Below are positions 7,094-11,644 of a stretch of DNA of 11,644 nucleotides, in pieces (the stretch's first letter is position 1; every line of letters begins with the position of its first letter). A program made the position numbers and the translations under genes. Source of the stretch: Hadesarchaea archaeon (lineage in GTDB: Archaea; Hadarchaeota; Hadarchaeia; Hadarchaeales; Hadarchaeaceae); NCBI GenBank assembly GCA_030619825.1, contig JAUXAS010000024.1, forward strand, positions 1-11,644, written 5' to 3'. The notes below the pieces were generated by a model. That model saw only the letters and a program-made list of their open reading frames with translations, was not told the DNA's origin and ran no database searches.

Positions 7094-7177
7094 ATGAAAA
7101 CCAAAATTTCTGATTACAAAAATATTCCCAATTCTTTCCTGCTAGAACAGGGATTTCCGGAAGGTGACTTTGGATGA
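7094..7177 (+). CDS. Putative small protein, 27 aa: MKTKISDYKNIPNSFLLEQGFPEGDFG (not in the ORF track)
   Basis: ATG at 7094 lies about 10 nt after the predicted transcription start. The frame is open to TGA at 7175-7177, which overlaps the mre11 ATG (ATGA coupling). No homology recognised. Confidence 0.35.
   Translation: MKTKISDYKNIPNSFLLEQGFPEGDFG
7161..7167 (+). promoter_or_regulatory. Ribosome-binding site AAGGTGA for mre11
   Basis: Archaeal-type GGTGA element 6 nt upstream of ATG 7174. Confidence 0.7.
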
Positions 7178-8475
7178 AAATTGCCGTCATATCCGACAAT
7201 CATTTGGGGGTGAAGTGGGGAACGGCACGAGAGCAGGATTCTTTTAATCAGACCAAGGAGTCCATCGAGCGAGCACTCGAGCTCGGCGCGGAACTCATCC
7301 TCGAGCTCGGCGACATTTTCAACACCCGAACTCCCCGCCAAGAGGTCTGGGCCCAAGCCATGCGCATTCTTTCGATCCCGCTGGCCCGAGGGCGGAGCGA
7401 GATCAAGCTCGATCGCACCATAGATAAAGACAAGGATGATTTCTCCCCGGTCGCGCTCCGGGGGGCGCCCGTGATCGCTTTGCACGGAAATCACGAGCGG
7501 CGCACCCGAGGATTCGTCAACCCCGTGCAGGCGCTTGAAGCAGCCGGTCTCCTCATCTACCTGCACCATAACGTGCTGATTTTCGATACCCCCAGGGGCA
7601 AGCTAGCGATTCATGGCATGAGCAACGTGCCGGAGCAGCACGCGAGAAATGTCCTCGCGGCTTGGAACCCGAAGCCCGTGGAGGGAGCGTTCAACATCCT
7701 GATGCTACACCAATCCGTAGGGCAGTATGTGTACTCGAGCGAGGAGTTCCCGACGATTGACCTCGCGGACCTACCGCCCGGATTTGACCTTTACCTCTGC
7801 GGGCACATTCACTACCACGCTGATGCCGTCGCGCACGGCAAGCCGCTACTTTTCCCGGGGAGCACTGAGCGCACCCAACTGCTTCAGGTCGAGGCCGAGG
7901 TTCCCAAGGGGTTCTACATGCTCGACCTCGGCGATGGGCTTAGCTACGAATTCATCGAGCTAAAGAGCACGCGAGATTTTTATTACGAGGAAATGAAATT
8001 CGACGGCATCAGGATCCCTCAACTGAACGAGGTCGTCAGGGCGAAGGCGCGTGAGCTGCTTGAGCGTCCCAGGCGCAATTTGGAGAAGCTCCCCCTGATC
8101 AGGCTGAGGCTCACGGGGACGCTCGCGAAGGAGGCGTCGCGCAGCGAGTTCGATGAACGGGCGATCATTCAAGAGTTCGCCGATAGGGCTCTGGTTGCTA
8201 TAAGCAAGGGCGACCTCACCTCCCCCGGGCTCGAGGAAAAGGTGCAACTCCTGCGCGAGCTGAGGGAGAGACGCTTGCCCATAGATGAGATGGCGATGAG
8301 CATGCTCGAGGGGAACCTCCGCGATATGAAATATAACCACCCGCTCGATGTGCGCCCCTTATACGGTCTCTTGGTCGAGAAGAGGGAAGATGAAGCGTTT
8401 CAGAAGGTGCTCGGGGTGGTGGAGAATCAAATAAAAACTGAGCTGGGGAGGAAATCGGATGATAACCCAAGTTAA
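7174..8475 (+). CDS. mre11: DNA double-strand break repair nuclease Mre11 (SbcD family), 433 aa
   Basis: All five phosphoesterase motifs are present: SDNHLG, GDIFN, HGNHE, LHQS and GHIH, followed by FPGS.ER and KGFY. It lies directly upstream of rad50 and overlaps it. Confidence 0.94.
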   Translation: MKIAVISDNHLGVKWGTAREQDSFNQTKESIERALELGAELILELGDIFNTRTPRQEVWAQAMRILSIPLARGRSEIKLDRTIDKDKDDFSPVALRGAPVIALHGNHERRTRGFVNPVQALEAAGLLIYLHHNVLIFDTPRGKLAIHGMSNVPEQHARNVLAAWNPKPVEGAFNILMLHQSVGQYVYSSEEFPTIDLADLPPGFDLYLCGHIHYHADAVAHGKPLLFPGSTERTQLLQVEAEVPKGFYMLDLGDGLSYEFIELKSTRDFYYEEMKFDGIRIPQLNEVVRAKARELLERPRRNLEKLPLIRLRLTGTLAKEASRSEFDERAIIQEFADRALVAISKGDLTSPGLEEKVQLLRELRERRLPIDEMAMSMLEGNLRDMKYNHPLDVRPLYGLLVEKREDEAFQKVLGVVENQIKTELGRKSDDNPS

Positions 8476-10861
8476 GTTAAAAAATTGGAAATCACACCTC
8501 AACACCGACCTGCGTTTTGGCGACGGCACGAACGTCCTCGTGGGAACGATGGGCGCTGGGAAGAGTGCCGTGCTTGACGCGATAACCTATGCTCTTTTCG
8601 GGACCTTGCCAGCGGTACAGGCCCGACGCATCAGGCTAGAGGATCTCATCATGAACAGACCCGCCCCGATGAATCGAGCGGAGGTCGAGGTTGGTTTTCT
8701 CACCCCTGACGGCGACGAGTTCACGGTCAAACGTGTTATCGAGCGGGGCAAGGGGACGGCGCTTTCGGAGCTTCGAAAGGGCAACGGCGAGTTGGTCGAG
8801 AGTCCCAGCTCAACGCGCGTGAGTGAGGTCATCCGCTCCCTCCTCAAACTCGATTACGATCTCTTCGAGCGGGCGATTTACTCGGAACAAAATCGTTTGG
8901 ATTATTTCTTGACTCTACCGCGCGGCAAACGGATGGAAAGCATCGATGAGCTTTTGGGCATAAACAAGCTCGAACTGGCGCGCAAAGAAATCGGCTCGCT
9001 TGCGAAACGCGTCAAAGACCGCGCGGATGAACGAAGGGGAACCATTCGCCAGCTCGGACAGGATGTTTCGCTGGCCCTCTTGCCGACTTACGAGCAGGAG
9101 ATGAGGGATATGAAACTCTCGAGGCAGGAGACCCAGACGAGGCTTCAGCAAATTCAGCCGGAGCTGGAGGCTGCCTCCTCCGAACTTCAGCAGTTGCGCA
9201 AGACCGAGCAGGAACTCGCGCGATTGGATAGCTCATCCCGCGAACTTGAGGGCACGATAAACACATTGGGTCGTCAGCTCGAGCAGATCAAAGGGAGGCT
9301 TGGAACTGCGGTTGGGGTTGCTCCCGAAGAGTTCAAACGACGAGTGACAGATCTCGAGCTGGCCTGCCGCAAGGCCGATGCTCGAGCGAGCGAGCTCAAC
9401 TCAAATTTAACTATTAACAGTTCGAAGGTGCGAGAATTGGAAACTAGGATAGGGATGATTCATGAACGCTTGGAAAGGCTCGTTAGCGAGATAGAGCGGA
9501 AAAGCAAGTTAAGCGAGGAACTTGAAAAACTAAGACCACAGGAGTTGTCAAAGCTGATTGAGGGACTGCAGCTTGAGTTCAGGAGCACCGGCGATGAACT
9601 TGCAGCTTCTCATGCTCGCGCGCAGGATCTTCAGCAAGCGATGGATGAACTTGCAGCCGCGGGCTCAACGTGTCCAGTCTGCGAAAGCCCCCTTGAGGAT
9701 GGCAAAAAACAGCAATTGTTGGAAGAGCGCAAAGACCAGCTCGAGGTGAAACACAAACGTGTGGTCGAGTTCGAGGCACGTGTGAGGGAATTAAATAAAA
9801 ACTTGAATGAGAAGCTCGAACTCCAGAGGAAAGCCCAGTTATTGGCAAAGGAGATTGAGGAGCTTCCTGCGCGGAAGGCTGAGCGCTCTCAGCTCTTTCA
9901 ACAACTTCGGAATTTAGAACTGGAACTTCCGAGCGTGCAGGAGGCAACAAGGAAGCTCACGGTTGAGGTCGAGGAGGCACGCAAGGAAGCGGAAGCGACC
10001 CGTGAGCAGCTAACCGCAGCCAAACAGTCGCTCCAACTGCGGCTCGACTTGGACCAGCTTGAGCTCGAGCACAAACAGAAGCTGGCCGAGCGATTACGCG
10101 TGCAGCGTGAGCTGTGGCAGGTGAAGCGCACTTACGACGAGGCGCGCGCGAAGGAGCTCGAGAGGCGTCACGAGGAGCTCATCCGCACCCACGAGCACTT
10201 GCGCACCGAGCTCCTAGGGAAGGAGCAGCTTATCACGGAGAAACGAAAGCTCATCGAGACCATCAGGGAAAAGCGAGAGATGATCACGCGATGTGAGACA
10301 GAGATAAAGCACTTGGAGGATGCGGTGAGGGCCCTGACCACGATTCAAGCCGCGCTCGTGCGAACCCAGACGTCGATGCGCAGGGAGTTCATCGATGGGG
10401 TCAACGAGGCGATGAACGAGCTCTGGGAGAGTATTTACCCTTATGGGGATTTCACGGGCATCAAGCTTGCCGTCGAAGGGGGTGAACGGGGAGGCGATTA
10501 CGTGCTGCAGCTCAGGGATCGTGCTGGAAATTGGATTCCGGTCGAGGGGATTGCGAGCGGGGGCGAGCGCACCGATGCCTGCTTGGCGCTGCGGATAGCC
10601 TTCGCGATTGTGCTTGCGCCCTCACTCAGCTGGATAGTGCTTGACGAGCCGACCCACAACCTCGATGAAGAGGGCATCCAAGAGCTCGCTCGAGTCCTAA
10701 GGGAGCGTTTGCCCGAGATCGTGCAGCAGATTTTGATCATAACTCACGAGCAACGGCTGGAGGAAGCGGTGAGCGGTTACCTCTATCGTTTCTCTCGGGA
10801 CAAGGATGTGGATGAGCCGACGAGGGCTGAGCGGGTAACGGTGCCTGAAAGATTTGATTGA
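8459..10861 (+). CDS. rad50: DNA double-strand break repair ATPase Rad50 (SbcC family), 800 aa
   Basis: LKNWKSH, Walker A GTMGAGKS, Q-loop YSEQ, long coiled coils with a central zinc hook CPVC (9671-9682, residue 405), signature ASGGE, Walker B/D-loop LDEPTHNLD and H-loop IITH. GGAGG RBS at 8447-8451. Overlaps mre11 by 17 nt. Confidence 0.95.
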   Translation: MITQVKLKNWKSHLNTDLRFGDGTNVLVGTMGAGKSAVLDAITYALFGTLPAVQARRIRLEDLIMNRPAPMNRAEVEVGFLTPDGDEFTVKRVIERGKGTALSELRKGNGELVESPSSTRVSEVIRSLLKLDYDLFERAIYSEQNRLDYFLTLPRGKRMESIDELLGINKLELARKEIGSLAKRVKDRADERRGTIRQLGQDVSLALLPTYEQEMRDMKLSRQETQTRLQQIQPELEAASSELQQLRKTEQELARLDSSSRELEGTINTLGRQLEQIKGRLGTAVGVAPEEFKRRVTDLELACRKADARASELNSNLTINSSKVRELETRIGMIHERLERLVSEIERKSKLSEELEKLRPQELSKLIEGLQLEFRSTGDELAASHARAQDLQQAMDELAAAGSTCPVCESPLEDGKKQQLLEERKDQLEVKHKRVVEFEARVRELNKNLNEKLELQRKAQLLAKEIEELPARKAERSQLFQQLRNLELELPSVQEATRKLTVEVEEARKEAEATREQLTAAKQSLQLRLDLDQLELEHKQKLAERLRVQRELWQVKRTYDEARAKELERRHEELIRTHEHLRTELLGKEQLITEKRKLIETIREKREMITRCETEIKHLEDAVRALTTIQAALVRTQTSMRREFIDGVNEAMNELWESIYPYGDFTGIKLAVEGGERGGDYVLQLRDRAGNWIPVEGIASGGERTDACLALRIAFAIVLAPSLSWIVLDEPTHNLDEEGIQELARVLRERLPEIVQQILIITHEQRLEEAVSGYLYRFSRDKDVDEPTRAERVTVPERFD
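9593..9657 (+). repeat. 14-bp direct repeat GATGAACTTGCAGC (9593-9606 and 9644-9657) in the rad50 coiled coil
   Basis: Two exact copies 51 nt apart, both encoding DELAA, just before the zinc hook. Confidence 0.6.
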
Positions 10862-10862
10862 T

Positions 10863-11360
10863 TCAGATTTCAGCAATCTCGAAAATCCTCACAGTCACGG
10901 GCACAGCAATGTTTTCCCCGCCGGCCATGGTCAAACGCACCTCACCCTGCCTGGCGAATTGTTTTTCCGCGCCCAAGCCGAGCCCAGCGCCCTCGGGCCA
11001 TGAAAGCTCCCACGAAGCATTGTCGTAACTCAAGCTGACTGCAACGGCGTATCCAGACGGGTGAAGGTATTCAAGGGCATTCTCCACGGCAGAGCGCAGG
11101 TAGGGTCCGGGGACAATTGGTTGTTCCAGCAGGAGGTTCTCGGCCGCCCCGCGCAGAAAGCTCACGCTGTATGGTTCGACCCAAGCGAGTTCCAAGGTCT
11201 TGTACAAATGCTCGCTCTTGAGCTCGAGCTGGCGATTGGTGGCCGCTCGGAGTGGCCTTAGGCTATAGGAGTGCATGAATACGGCTGCGAGGACGAGTAT
11301 CACGAACATGAATGCCATGGCCAGTACGTCTGCAACGCCACGATTGTTCAGGCTCGCCAT
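10863..11360 (-). CDS. Type IV pilin-like protein with a class III signal peptide (165 aa from ATG 11360)
   Basis: MASLNNRG|VADVLAMAFMFVILVLAAVFMH: a short polar leader ending in RG, then a roughly 20-residue hydrophobic helix. The C-terminus is a beta-strand VTVRIF. Start moved from 11414 to 11360, giving a 13-nt overlap with the upstream gene and GCGTGA as a possible RBS. Confidence 0.62.
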   Translation of the reverse strand: MASLNNRGVADVLAMAFMFVILVLAAVFMHSYSLRPLRAATNRQLELKSEHLYKTLELAWVEPYSVSFLRGAAENLLLEQPIVPGPYLRSAVENALEYLHPSGYAVAVSLSYDNASWELSWPEGAGLGLGAEKQFARQGEVRLTMAGGENIAVPVTVRIFEIAEI

Positions 11361-11644
11361 GCCATCACGCTCAGCTTGGCTGGGATGAAATAGGCATTTT
11401 CGAAAAGAACGCAAGATACCGCAAAGGATCCTATTGTTCTTTCCTCGGGTGGAGTTGAACCGAAGGGTCCGAGAACGCGCTCGCCCCCCGCTTCATACCT
11501 CACGGACACTTGAAAATCGAAGTTTTCCCCGCCGAACTCCCGTCTGGTGGAAAGACCTTCAAGTTTCGCTGGATCGATCGTGTACATGTGCAAGTTTCCA
11601 TCGTTGTCGACGTATGCCAGCTCCTCCACTGATAGACGGGTGAC
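11348..11644 (-). CDS. Hypothetical protein, C-terminal part, probably a pilin-cluster accessory protein; 5'-truncated by the window edge
   Basis: The frame is open to the window end (VTRLSVEELAY...). The C-terminal pattern FG..PP....S..V.......PAKLSVMAW resembles small proteins of euryarchaeal pilin-like clusters. Its stop overlaps the start of the pilin-like gene. Confidence 0.55.
   Translation of the reverse strand, partial: VTRLSVEELAYVDNDGNLHMYTIDPAKLEGLSTRREFGGENFDFQVSVRYEAGGERVLGPFGSTPPEERTIGSFAVSCVLFENAYFIPAKLSVMAWRA

Noticed and set aside
7276..7312. 13-bp direct repeat CTCGAGCTCGGCG, and generally frequent CTCGAG/GAGCTC
   Set aside because: Explained by LELG and LE/EL peptides written with the preferred CTC and GAG codons.
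8459..10861. Condensin SMC or Wadjet JetC instead of Rad50
   Set aside because: It has a central CPVC zinc hook rather than a hinge domain, is 800 aa, and is coupled to mre11.
11361..11414. ORF-track N-terminal extension of the pilin-like gene
   Set aside because: It overlaps the upstream gene heavily. ATG 11360 gives a proper class III signal peptide.
52..11643. The many short alternative-frame and antisense ORFs in the track (e.g. 704..1174, 4962..5459, 7114..7569, 7960..8340)
   Set aside because: Nearly all lie within well-supported genes, show no recognisable motifs, and are expected shadows in GC-rich coding DNA.
1..11644. CRISPR array, tRNA/rRNA genes, IS elements or inteins
   Set aside because: No spaced repeats, cloverleaf or transposase seen. 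Intergenic space is minimal, and RFC-L and Rad50 have no intein-sized insertions.

Overview
This is an archaeal chromosomal window, judged from archaeal-type MoaA, TruA, RFC-L, Mre11 and Rad50, BRE/TATA promoters, GGTGA/GGAGG ribosome-binding sites and a class III signal peptide. A Hadarchaeota/MSBL1-like euryarchaeal host is my guess only. Gene order: 3' end of moaA overlapping truA (+); a convergent 1108-aa GH161-like glucan phosphorylase that is more AT-rich than its neighbours (-); an orphan SPPY-type (probably m4C) DNA methyltransferase directly downstream of rfcL (-); a divergent AT-rich promoter region with an unannotated 27-codon ORF coupled to mre11-rad50 (+); and two convergent genes of a probable type IV pilin-like cluster (-, running off the window). 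I saw no rRNA, tRNA, CRISPR array or transposase. The most interesting items are the stand-alone, motif-divergent GH161-like phosphorylase, the rfcL-methyltransferase operon, and the small ORF with a PIP-like motif ahead of mre11, opposite an RFC-L that lacks its own PIP tail. Family assignments come from motif recognition, not database searches.
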